A stretch of 63,474 bases of DNA, filler included, from Octopus bimaculoides (Eukaryota): the NCBI RefSeq assembly GCF_001194135.2. It is 4 parts of 4 records of this genome, joined end to end, with 100 filler letters (N's around TTAATTAATTAA, not from the genome) between each part and the next. Parts side by side here need not be neighbours in the genome. Positions count along the whole stretch, not along the records: positions 1 to 21,397 come from NC_068991.1; 3 more parts are not named here. One strand, given 5' to 3'. The notes under the pieces are model-generated. The model saw only the letters and a list, made by a program, of their open reading frames with translations, ran no database searches and had not been told where the DNA came from. Position 1 is the stretch's first letter; every line of letters begins with the position of its first letter. The position numbers and the translations under genes were made by a program. Positions 1 through 10,702 of this stretch are shown in pieces.

Positions 1-52
<52 letters not shown>

Positions 53-282
53 ATGTATGTATATATATATTTATATATGTATATATATATATACATACAT
101 ATATATATATGTATATATATATACATACATATATATATATACATACATACATGCATGCACATATTTGACATCCAACATGCATACATACATATATACATAT
201 ATATACATATACATAGACACATATATACATATACATATACATTCAAACACACATACACACATACACATATATATATATATAT
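1..282. repeat. (TA)n/(TACA)n microsatellite
   Basis: Direct reading. Confidence 0.95.
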
Positions 283-789
283 AGAAAGCATGAACTGTTC
301 TAAAAAATGCATATGAGAATCATTGTGAAAACTGGTAACAAGATAATTATTGTTGAAGATCTCCAAAAACTGCCATTTCTATATTTATAATTGAATGCAT
401 ATCAACAATAAGTTTTCTGTAATGATCTTAAACTGAATCCTAACAATGTATTATAATATCACAGTGGAAACTGTACAAGAATATAGACAGAAGATATCAA
501 CTGTAAGGTAAATGTGAAAGTTAATTGTTGAGTCACCATAGAGGAAAAGCTGTTAGTAACAATCAAGATGTCCCTTGAGAACCTAACAAAAGAAGGAATT
601 TAAGGTCACATAGAAGCAGCACATTAGCATTAATTTTTGGTATATTTATGGTTAATTTAAGTTGTTAGGGAGTAATATTTTGTAGGAAGGCATAGACAAA
701 GAATGAATTCTTAAAAGATGTTGTTCTAGCAACAATAGATTGGACAATGTAATCACAACTTGGACAAGTATATGAGAAATTCTCTAGAT

Positions 790-1217
790 CAGTGGTTCTC
801 AACTGATTTAGTCATACTTCTGCAATATACAAAATATTTTTTTTTATATATAATTTTTTTTTATATAATTCCTAATAGTATTTAATTATAAAAATATAAC
901 AGGATTTTTTAACCCTTTAGTGTTTAAACCGGCTACATCCAGTCCAAATATTCTACACATTTAATGCTCAAACTGGCCAGAACCAGTATCTCTAACCTGT
1001 CCTGCAATGTCATTCTAAAAATAAACAATTACATCTTTCAAATCGTGAAGCTACAAGATAATACCAGACTAATTTTAAAAAATGTAGATCAATAAGGATT
1101 ACTTTTGACATATTAATTTGAACACTAAAGGGTTAAACATCAAATGGTTATGAGAATCCAGTAGAGCAAAATAGGGATGAAAGGGGTCCATAGGTGAAAA
1201 ATGGTTGAGAACCATTG
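790..1217. mobile_element. Non-autonomous hAT (Charlie-like) MITE, copy 1, carrying a nested insertion
   Basis: TIRs CAGTGGTTCTCAAC...GGTTGAGAACCATTG. Flanking 8-mers CTCTAGAT/CTTCAGAT (6/8 match; NTCTAGAN is the Charlie-type target). Homologous to 40042-40301. Confidence 0.75.
913..1132. mobile_element. piggyBac-like MITE (220 bp) nested in the hAT MITE
   Basis: TTAA at 909-912 and 1133-1136. TIRs CCCTTTAGTGTTTAAA / TTTGAACACTAAAGGG match 15/16. Confidence 0.85.
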
Positions 1218-2168
1218 CTTCAGATGTTGGATTAAAAAGAATTAGGGGAGATAAGTCCTGTTAGTAAGAGTGGAATAGATCAAGTTTGTTATATTTGCTT
1301 TATTTTGTTGGGGAAAGAATGGCTTTTTTTTGGATATAAGTTAATGTTTTGAGTGCAAAAACAAGTTTGTCGGTGAGGCTTTGAAAACAGTTGTTGGATA
1401 TTGTCTTGTTTAGCCTGGATTGTCAATCCATCAAATCTGTGATTAAAAGCAATCCAGCTAAAACGACAATGTCGAATGTGGTCAGAGGGAAAATTTCTTA
1501 TTGATTGAGTGACTGAACAGAGGTTCTCTTGTATTCCATAGTGCATCAGATACAACTTTATAAACAGCAATTTTTAAAGTCTGAAGTACGTATCCACTTG
1601 TATAAGCATTATAGAAGATGTCACTAAAGGCACTTCTTTATCTGTTCATGAGCACTTGATATTGTTAGAGTTTATTTGCTAATTTATTGGATACAGCATT
1701 GAATGTGTTGAAGGATCTTAACAATGGAAAATAAGTGGGTTGGCTGGGTGCTTTTAAGGTTGCAAGAGGGTTATATTTGCAATTGAAAGAAGAAAGAAGC
1801 ATGAAGATCTCCTGTCATTGTAGTCTGCATTACAAGAGGTAATGGAGAAATGTAGCGGAAATGAACAGAGTGATTATACACTCTTGAAGAATACTTGTGT
1901 TTAAAAGGTCCTAGTCAGACAAATGCCTCTTCATACACATTACAATTGAATAATTTTGGATGGGTAAAAATTAGACAATATGTGTATAAGCCATTAATAC
2001 AAATTTTCTGCTGCTGCTGGTATTTGATTGTATTTCTAGGAAGAGTACATTATTTTACAATGTCTCAGTTCACCTTATTGTAAACAGGAAGCAGATCACT
2101 GGGGAATGTTATATGTAATAGACTGGCAATCTTTTCAGAGAAAGTACAGTGAGAAAACTTATAATTAA

Positions 2169-2297
2169 CCTTTAGCATGCTGTCGATGCATCATGTAGCC
2201 ATATGAGTTTTCTCCCCTCTCAGTGTGATACAATGTGCCTGCAGCTATGGAGAAGAAAACTCGTACAGTGCCATAATGTGCCTAAGTGTACCAAAGG
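2169..2297. mobile_element. Possible old piggyBac-like MITE (129 bp)
   Basis: TTAA-CCTTT...AAAGG-TTAA; the terminal 13-mers match 9/13 and all mismatches are transitions. Confidence 0.4.
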
Positions 2298-3637
2298 TTA
2301 ATAAATATTATAGTATTGAGCTTAAATCTTCCCATTGGTCAGATAAAGGCAACAGGGAAATCGCTCCAATGTTATTCTCCCTTTACTCTCTAAGGTAATG
2401 AGACAGCTTTAGTGGTGTTCCTATCACCAGACATCAGCATTGGTCCTTAAAAAAGTCACCATAAAAAAGGAACAGAGCATTTGTCAAATTATCTGAACTA
2501 TATTTTAGATAGAACTGAGAAATATATCATAGGGAAATATTTAGACAAAGTTAAATGAAAGAGTTCTGCTATTTGTTTAGTTAGAGCTAAATGGATTGTG
2601 GAGTTTGCAAAAGAAGGATCTACTAAAAATTGTTTGAGATAGAAAGGGGTCCAACTACAATTGAAAGATGAAGATTTAGGCAAAATTCTGTCAGATTACT
2701 AATAAAATTTGTAGAGGCAAATATTTTCCAATGGTAAAGGACCTTCATATTGGTTTTTATTAGGTAACCGTTGCTATTACTGTTTAAACTAATTTAAACC
2801 TGCTGCCCTAAGATTTAAGACATGAGATATGTGACATCCCTTTTTACAAACAGTCTGTGGTTTGTGTAGTAGAAGGAGATTTGGCTGTTATAAACAATCA
2901 GGTGAAAGAGTTACATACAAGTTCCTTCATTCACCATTCTTTTGTTCATTGTTGTAAAAGCAGCTGAAATTCAGAATGAGATTGTTGGGCACAGCTGTTG
3001 GGATTCTGATGATTTGGCATGGCTGGCTGAGCATTCAGTCTGTTTTGGCCAACAGTACTTTTTGAGAGAAGCAGCAAGCATGCACAAGCACACACATTCA
3101 CACACATTCACACACATGCACACACATGTATGTATAGAAATCTAGACACACAGACAAAAATAGTGAGAGAGAGAGCAGGGGAGAGAGTGAAAGAGGGAGT
3201 GGGAGAGAGAGAGAGAGAAAAACATTACAATCATTAACTGAACATAATTAACTTAAGCATTCTCTATTTCTTCACATGCATAAACAGAGACAGGGTACGG
3301 AAAGAATGGGGGAAACATTAAAAGGCCAAACGGTTGGCACCAAAACATTTGTTTCAAAATGTCTCATACCTGCTGCAATTGATGTGATAAAATCGTTTTG
3401 AAGAGCTTGGTTACAAAGGTTCTAGAGAATACATGATGAAGTAGGATATACCAAAGAAAATAGTTTAATGTCATGTGTCTAGAAATATCAAAGAGAGAGA
3501 GAGAGAGAGAGATATTCTGCTACCACAAGGAGATAGCATAGCATTATCAAAGGTCTGACCAATTGACAAACACAGTCGTGATAGGAAAGAGGGGCATTGT
3601 GAGGAATTGTGTGTTGTGACCATGCAGCAACAAAGAT

Positions 3638-3684
<47 letters not shown>

Positions 3685-4063
3685 TTAATGTCCATTTTCC
3701 ATGCTGGCATGATGTATACAGTTTGACCAGAGCTGGTAAACCAGAGAGCTGCACCAGTAAGACACCTGTTCTTGTCCCTCTTTCATACTTAAGTCTCTCA
3801 ACACTTGGCACAAAGCCACTCCCCTCAGTACTGCAGGAAACTCGTTTTACAAGTTATTTGGTTACCTCTTTAGTGCTTGTGCCGCAAAAAAATAGCACTC
3901 AATACACACTGCAAAGTGGTAAGTGTTAGGAAGGATATCCAACTGTAGGAACCTTACCAAAGCAGCAGACAGAAAACTGATGTTGCCCTAAGGCTCGTCA
4001 TATCCTGTAAAACTATCCAACTCATGCCAGCATGGAATACAGACATTAAACGATGACGATGAC
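3638..4063. mobile_element. Head-to-head pair of (GAT)n-tailed SINE fragments
   Basis: Left: (ATC)n-TTTAATGTCCATTTTCCATGCTGGCATG. Right: CATGCCAGCATGGAATACAGACATTAAACGATGAC, its reverse complement. Confidence 0.75.
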
Positions 4064-4838
4064 AACAACATCGATGACAATAACAATAATGACAATTTCA
4101 ATGGAAATGTAATAAAGGCATTTTATTTATTCAAAGGTATTTTATTTATGATTACCTTAAAATATAAATATTAATAATTGAATAGGCAAGAATAATAAGT
4201 TCAAATATTTTTTATAAAATACAGAACAATGTGTTAAGAGTTGGAAAATATGTTGAATGTATGATTTAATAGTAATTTGCTCCTTCGTATATCTCTAATG
4301 CCTGAATTGATAAAATACATACAGCACAAGAACGTTGCTAAGTTTCTGTTGAGTGTCTTGATTAGACTTGAAGTAAAAATATCTTTGCAGATTAAAAGCT
4401 TTATGAATAGCAACTGACTTTAATCAGTTGGCCCAAGACATTATATCTATGGTGATCTCCTGATATTATTTCATAAACTCTCCTCAGTAATTACTTTTAA
4501 AACTAACAGGATATTTTGAAAATTGCTTTCTTTTTTATAAAATGGCATTATTCTAAGGCCTCAGGTCAGTCCTGATTGAGTAAACCTACAATCAAAGAAG
4601 TTCCAGCCGTGACCATCATGTTATTTTTTTAGAGTGTATTTAATACTACCTTCTCTAACATGTCCTTCTTTATTTCAAATAGTAGGACAAGAAATTTGAA
4701 AGAGATTTGGCTGCTATATCTAGCAGGTTGATTAACCATGTAGAGGCTCCTTTTTTGGGGTACATTTTCTAAATGTTTGTTTGACTTTTATGGGGTTTAG
4801 ACACAGACACAATGATACACACACACATGTATATAAAT

Positions 4839-5150
4839 GACGGGCTTCTTTCAGTTTCCGCCTACCAAATCCACTCACAAGGCTTAAGTCAGCCCGAGGC
4901 TATGGTAGAAGATATTTACCCAAGGTACCACACAGGCAGACTGAACCCAGAACCATGTGTGTGGGAAACAAGCTTCTTACCACACAGCCATGCCTGTAGC
5001 TTTCATACAGTTTCTGCTTATTTAATTCACTCACAAGGCATTGATGGGCCTAGGGCTATAGTAAAAAACACTTACCCAAGGTGCTACATAGTGAGACTAA
5101 ACCCCAAACCCCATGGTTGTAAGGTAAGTCTCTTAATCACCCAACAATAC
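4839..5150 (-). mobile_element. Two tandem 5' halves of tRNA-derived SINE family A
   Basis: Reverse complement of the family A head (GGCTTCTTTCAGTTTCC...CCACACAGCC), followed by a more degenerate copy. Confidence 0.75.
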
Positions 5151-5659
5151 CTATACTGGTTGTTTTCATTTGCTTTTTTTTTTATATAATTTTTTCTTAG
5201 GTTTATAACAATAAACAGTTTTATTGAAAGATCGAAATAGTTATATTGTCTTAAATATTCAGTATTTGAAGAAGATCTCATTTATGGAAATAAATATATG
5301 ATATTGATCTATGACATCAACACCAAGCTTAAAATTATTGAGATGAAAAATAAAGGGTGAGGTTTCACACATCTGTTTGGTTTGCCAAATCAATAATTAT
5401 GAAGATCTCATTTATTACTGTTTTTTTAATTAGAGAATTTGATTAATATTATAGTTAGATGCTTATATTGTAAACTAATTAAATTTTGTGCAAATATTAA
5501 AAAAAAAAGTGATTAATAAAAGTACATAAATATTTAAATATTTTTTTCTTAATGTTGTGGCTTAGAGACAGTGTTTTTTGTAACTACTGTGAGCCAGACA
5601 AAATAATAATCTATCTGAAAATAAATTTTTAACAAAATTCTGAACAAAAAAATATTGAT

Positions 5660-6240
5660 GGCATAGGCTGTGCGGTAAGAAGCTAGTAAGGCAGCGAGCT
5701 GGCAGAAACGTTAGCACACCGTGCAAAATGCTTAGCGGTGTTTCGACTGCTGTTATGTTCTGAGTTCAAATTCCACCGAGGTTGATTTTGCCTTTCATCC
5801 TTTCGGGGTTGATAAATTAAGAACCAGTTACACACTAGGTTGATCTAATCGACTTAATCCCTTTGTCTGTCCTTGTTTGTCCCCTCTATGTTTAGCCCCT
5901 TGTGGGCAATAAAAAAATAAGAAGCTAGTTTCCCATCCACATTGTTCCATCCTCAGTCCCACTGCGTAGCACTTTGGGCAAGTGTCTTCTACTATAGCCT
6001 CTGGCTGACCAAAGCCTTGCGAGTGGATTTGGTAGATGGAAACTGAAAGAAGCCCGTCACATGTGTGTGTGTACTCCCACCACTGCTTGACGACCAGCAG
6101 TTTGGCAAAAGAGTCTGATAGAATAAGTACCGGGTTTTACAAAAAAATAGTACTGGGGTTGATATATTCAACTAAAATTCTTCAAGGCAGCACTCCAGCA
6201 TGGCCACAGTCAAATGGCTGAAAGTAAAAGAATAAAAGGA
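5660..6240 (+). mobile_element. SINE family A copy interrupted in its head by a family B SINE
   Basis: The head GGCATAGGCTGTGCGGTAAGAAGCTAG resumes at 5918. Body AGTGGATTTGGTAGATGGAAACTGAAAGAAGCCCGTC and tail CCAGCATGGCCACAGTC are present. Confidence 0.85.
5687..5917 (+). mobile_element. SINE family B (GGCAGCGAGCTGGCAGAA...TCATCCTTTCGGGGT..., A-rich tail) with 11-bp TSD
   Basis: TAAGAAGCTAG is duplicated at 5676-5686 and 5918-5928. The body recurs at ~21861, ~26205, ~34370(-), ~43600(-) and ~60380(-). Confidence 0.9.
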
Positions 6241-6379
6241 TAAGTAAACTTAGACTCTGGCAATCATATCTTCCAGCAGCAGACACTCAAATTCCCACTC
6301 ACTGAATAAATAAACTTGCACACAGAATTGTAATGAAGTTGCTCTTTGGGAGAAAAATGGATAAATATGTTAAAGAGGA

Positions 6380-6607
6380 ACAAGTATGGCTTTGTGATTA
6401 AGAAGCTTGCTTGGAAGCCAGGTGGTTTCAGGTTCAGTGCCACTGTGTGGCACCTTGGACAAGTGTCTTCTGCTATAGCCTTGGGCCAACCAAAGCCTTG
6501 TGAGTGGATTTGGTAGATGGAAACTGAAAGAAGCCCAGCATTTGTGTGTGTGTGTGTGTGAGTGTATGTTTGTATAAATAGGTAAATATATATATGTTTA
6601 TGTATAT

Positions 6608-6675
<68 letters not shown>

Positions 6676-6685
6676 NNNNNNNNNN

Positions 6686-6754
<69 letters not shown>

Positions 6755-7110
6755 CATACACATATATCTGGGTCCAGTCCCACTGCGTGGCACCTTGGCA
6801 AGTGTCTTCTACGATAGCCTTGGGCCAACCAGAGCCTTGTGAGTGGATTTGGTAGATGGAAACTGAAAGAAGCCCGTCATGTATATATATGTAAATGTAT
6901 GTATGTGTATGTGTATGTGTGTCTTTGTATTTGTGTTTCTCTTCCTGCCACTTTGTAACCAGTGTTAGTTTGTTTACATCCCCATAACATAATGGTTCAA
7001 CGAAGGACCATTAGAATAAGTCCTGGGTCGATTCGAACAACTAAAATCCTTCAAGGTGGTGCCCCAGCATGGCCACAGTTTAATGGCTGCAACAAGTAAA
7101 AGATAAAAAA
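6380..7110 (+). mobile_element. Two further SINE family A copies separated by (TG)/(CA) microsatellite and a short gap
   Basis: Repeated GGCACCTTGG-CAAGTGTCTTCT...AGTGGATTTGGTAGATGGAAACTGAAAGAAGCCC core. Confidence 0.8.
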
Positions 7111-7381
7111 AAATAAGAAGAAGAATAAGTCTTACATGTTGGCTGATAAATTACATATTTCATTGTTTTGCATTTGACAATCCAGGATGTGATCAATAGG
7201 TCAGATATCAATATCTGATCAAAAACTTACATTATTTTTTACTGCAGCATTCAATGCCTCTCTCTGCCATAATTTATAAAACACTTCAAATGGAAAAATT
7301 GATTCTCTGGATTCAAATAAGCTCACTGTTTTTTTCTGAAGCTGGTGAAGTGTGCATGTTATCTGTGTGTGTGTGGGGGGG

Positions 7382-7413
<32 letters not shown>

Positions 7414-7423
7414 NNNNNNNNNN

Positions 7424-7459
<36 letters not shown>

Positions 7460-8206
7460 TTGACTACATTGAATACTTTATCATATCTTGTCTGTTTATC
7501 TAAAAATAAACATTGTTTTCTTCATTCCCCCCCCCCACAACTGTTACTGATTTCAATTATCAGATTGCAGCCATGCTAGATTACCCCACCTTCAAGAATT
7601 TGGTCAATCATATCAACCCCAGTATTTATTTCTGTTTGGTACTCATCTCTCTGACCTTGACTATGTTAATGAGCTTGTCCCGACAAATAGAGATATGCTC
7701 ACCACACAACTTCCTTTGGAAATAGGAACAGGAAAAGAACAGCAACATTATCCGACTAGATTTGCTGGAAGAAGGAAATTTTGGGCTGTAAAATTAAATA
7801 AAGAATCTGGGAACAAGATAGACCCTACATTTATTGTACAGGAAGATTGTAGTTACACACAGCAGAAAAATAATAATAATGAACGGCATAAATATGTAAA
7901 AATATGATTAGATTTTTTTGGCCACCAGCCAAGAAACGTATATAAAAAAAAATGAATGTTTCTGAAGAACTTTTTTTCATGATAATTAAGATTTTAACTG
8001 AATAATTACATATATAACATGTATGTATATGATACAAATATAATAGAAAACCACATTAAAATCCAAATCCAAAACTGAAGAAAACAAAAACATGAGCAAA
8101 AAAAGAAAAAGAAAAAGAAGAAATAAATAAAAGACATCAATTCAACACTACGTGGATCATCAACTGGTCACACACCACAAGGTTCAGCTGATCCTACTGA
8201 AGCAAA

Positions 8207-8525
8207 CCAATGTGGTTGTGATATTACCACAGGTGATGACAAGGCTAAAGGTGTTGGAACAACCAAGCATCCTTATGGGCATCACCTGACACCTTTGTAA
8301 GATGAGCCACCAACAATGACAAGAACTTCACTGTTAGTACCCAGCCTCTCCAAATGTCTCCAACACCACAGGCTGGAAGAAATGTTTCACTGACAAGTTC
8401 TGATACTCAATGATTTTGTTCCTTTCAGCTACAGAAGCAATGACCCTCCCACTTGCCGTGGCATCCAAGAAGTGGAAGGGAGAAAAGGAACCCATTTTAG
8501 TCAGGCAGACCCTACAAAAACTCTT
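8207..8525 (-). mobile_element. Degenerate restriction-like-endonuclease (RLE) domain of a CRE/NeSL-type non-LTR retrotransposon
   Basis: Manual minus-strand translation gives ASVAERNKIIEYQNLSVKHFFQPVVLETFG, then after a frameshift LTKVSGDAHKDAWLFQHL. This fits the AE..K..KY..L...F.P.A.ET.G...WLFQR....RGNA pattern as I recall it. Confidence 0.7.
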
Positions 8526-9560
8526 GCATTTTCACATAACTATATACTTCAGTTGTAGAACTATATACTGTCCAGCCCACACTATCTGTTTGATAACTTC
8601 CATCTCAATCGCAACATTTTAAATAACATGTCTAAAGTTCACTTTAGGGCATATAACTCTTTCCAGATGTATTTGCTTTATGAGTAGGTGAAGGGAAATA
8701 ATCCCAACAAACTGTTAATTATATCCCCTACATTACAATATATTGTGCAAGGGAGGAGGTAGCCATTCATTGCATGGAGTCTAGAAATTGAATCAAAAAT
8801 GAAACACAGTAATCATGAATATCATTTTGCTATCCATCTGGTGAAAATTTGTGTAGCAACTGTAATCATCCTGATAACTGAATTAAATAATACAATATGA
8901 TATTATAATATGATATAATAGTATTACATTACATTCACTAGCATAGCTGGGGGAGGGAGCGGTAGGGGTTGTCTGCCCCCCCCCCGGTCAGCACTTTTAA
9001 GGTGGGGAGGGGGGCACTTTTGGGTCTGCAAGAGGCAATATGTGTTTTTTATAGGGTGGAAAACAGAAGAGTCACTTTGGGCAGCACACACTCTCGCTAT
9101 GCTAGTGATTACATTATATTATATATATGTGTGTGTACATATTATGTGTGTGTGTGTGTCCTGTCACACAATTAAACAAATCTGTGTAAAATCCTATACA
9201 GATCTACTTGTCCAAGCAACTTTATGATTGCACTCTTATTATTTGTAAAAGTAATACATCCACAATCACCCATATACAGAAATAAACATGTAAATATAAC
9301 ATGCTTATCAATAGTTAAATGCTGGGATATTTTAAGTTATGCAATGCAATATATTATCAATTATTTCATAACTATAGGTGTACATACCTACATACCAAGG
9401 ATGTGCTGCTTGGGTAGGCCAGGTAGGCAGTGTATACCTTGAATGAAATAGATCGATGGTATTCGCCCTCACAGTGTGTATCTGAATGAAGCAAAAAGAA
9501 TAATACATCGACACTCTCTTGTTCCTGGTTATTTTTGTGTGTAGCTTAACAAAGCTATAC

Positions 9561-10205
9561 TCATCATCATCATCATCATCATCATCGTTTAATGTCCGTT
9601 TTCCATGCTGGCATGCATTGGACGGTTTGACTGGGGACTGGCAAGCCAGGAGGCTGCACCAGGCTCCAATCAAAACATGAACATAATTTTTTTTTAAATT
9701 CATAAAACTGAATGTTGATATATTAATTATTACAATTAAACTGAATATTTGACATTTTAAATAAAAAATATATCATTGATCTTTTTGTTCTTTACAGTTA
9801 TTTATAATTCCGATACATCTTCACCGCTGTTTTCCTTCTTTTTCAACTGACTAACCTTGTATCACCTTTACAGCAAGACACCTGTTCCTACCCTTCTATC
9901 ATACTTAAACCTTTCAGCCCCTGGCATAAAGCCTGTCCCCTCAATACTACTCCCCACTCAGCTGAGGGTGTCTTTGTCTTGCAAATTTCTTGGCAACCTC
10001 ACTGGTGATCATGTAACGCTAAAACAACCCGGTACACTCTGAAAAATGGTTGGCATTAGGAAGGGCATCCAGCTGTAGAAACCATACCAAAGCAGGCAGT
10101 AAAGTTTGATGCAGTCCTCTGACTCTCCAGCTCCTGTCAAACCATCCAACCCATGCCAGCATGGAAATCAGACGCTAAATAGTGATGATGATGATGATGA
10201 TGATG
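9561..10205. mobile_element. Second head-to-head pair of (GAT)n-tailed SINE fragments with an AT-rich spacer
   Basis: (CAT)n-CGTTTAATGTCCGTTTTCCATGCTGGCATG at 9561-9671; AGCAAGACACCTGTT...CATGCCAGCATGGAAATCAGACGCTAAATAG(TGA)n at ~9872-10205. Confidence 0.8.
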
Positions 10206-10702
10206 AATGATATAGTCATGATTCTTTAATTTATTTGCATTCTCACCTTGTACATGTTATAGCTTTGTGGTAATAACTCTTATATATCATAGCCTTGACG
10301 ACTACTTAATGTTACCACATTTCTGGCTGACAGAACATTTATTTCTGCAAAGTAGTTTTGCATTTAAATTTTAACCTACTTTAAATTATGTTGATTTTTG
10401 TATTTTATTTCGTTTTTTTTTAATGTGGTTTGCAAGATTCTTGATCTGAATTCGTGTGTTGAAGCATATTTTATTGTGTCTGGGGAGAGTCATTCTCTTT
10501 TAGTGCCTCATTAATTTAACGCACTCACTGGTCTGATTTCCACTCATTTACTTATTATTTTTGCATTTTGTTTCTTATTAAAATTAACATTTTCCTAATA
10601 TGCCATATTTTTTGGTCTACAATATTAAGTAAGTTTAATTTATAATTATTTCAATTATTTTATCAATAAATTTTTCATATAATCTTTTTTTGTTTGTTTC
10701 AG

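Noticed and set aside
7513-7725. GCCATG-initiated hydrophobic ORF as a possible first stonin exon
   Set aside because: It overlaps a degenerate SINE segment (ATCAACCCCAGTATTT...GGTACT) and has no convincing phase-1 donor.
8414-8530. Apparent + strand acceptor (TTTTGTTCCTTTCAG) and candidate exon
   Set aside because: There is no donor, and the region is better explained as the minus-strand RLE retrotransposon fragment.
10690-10702. ORF-track start (TTG, MFVS) of the 1982-aa ORF
   Set aside because: It lies in the polypyrimidine tract and acceptor of the intron; the exon begins at 10703.
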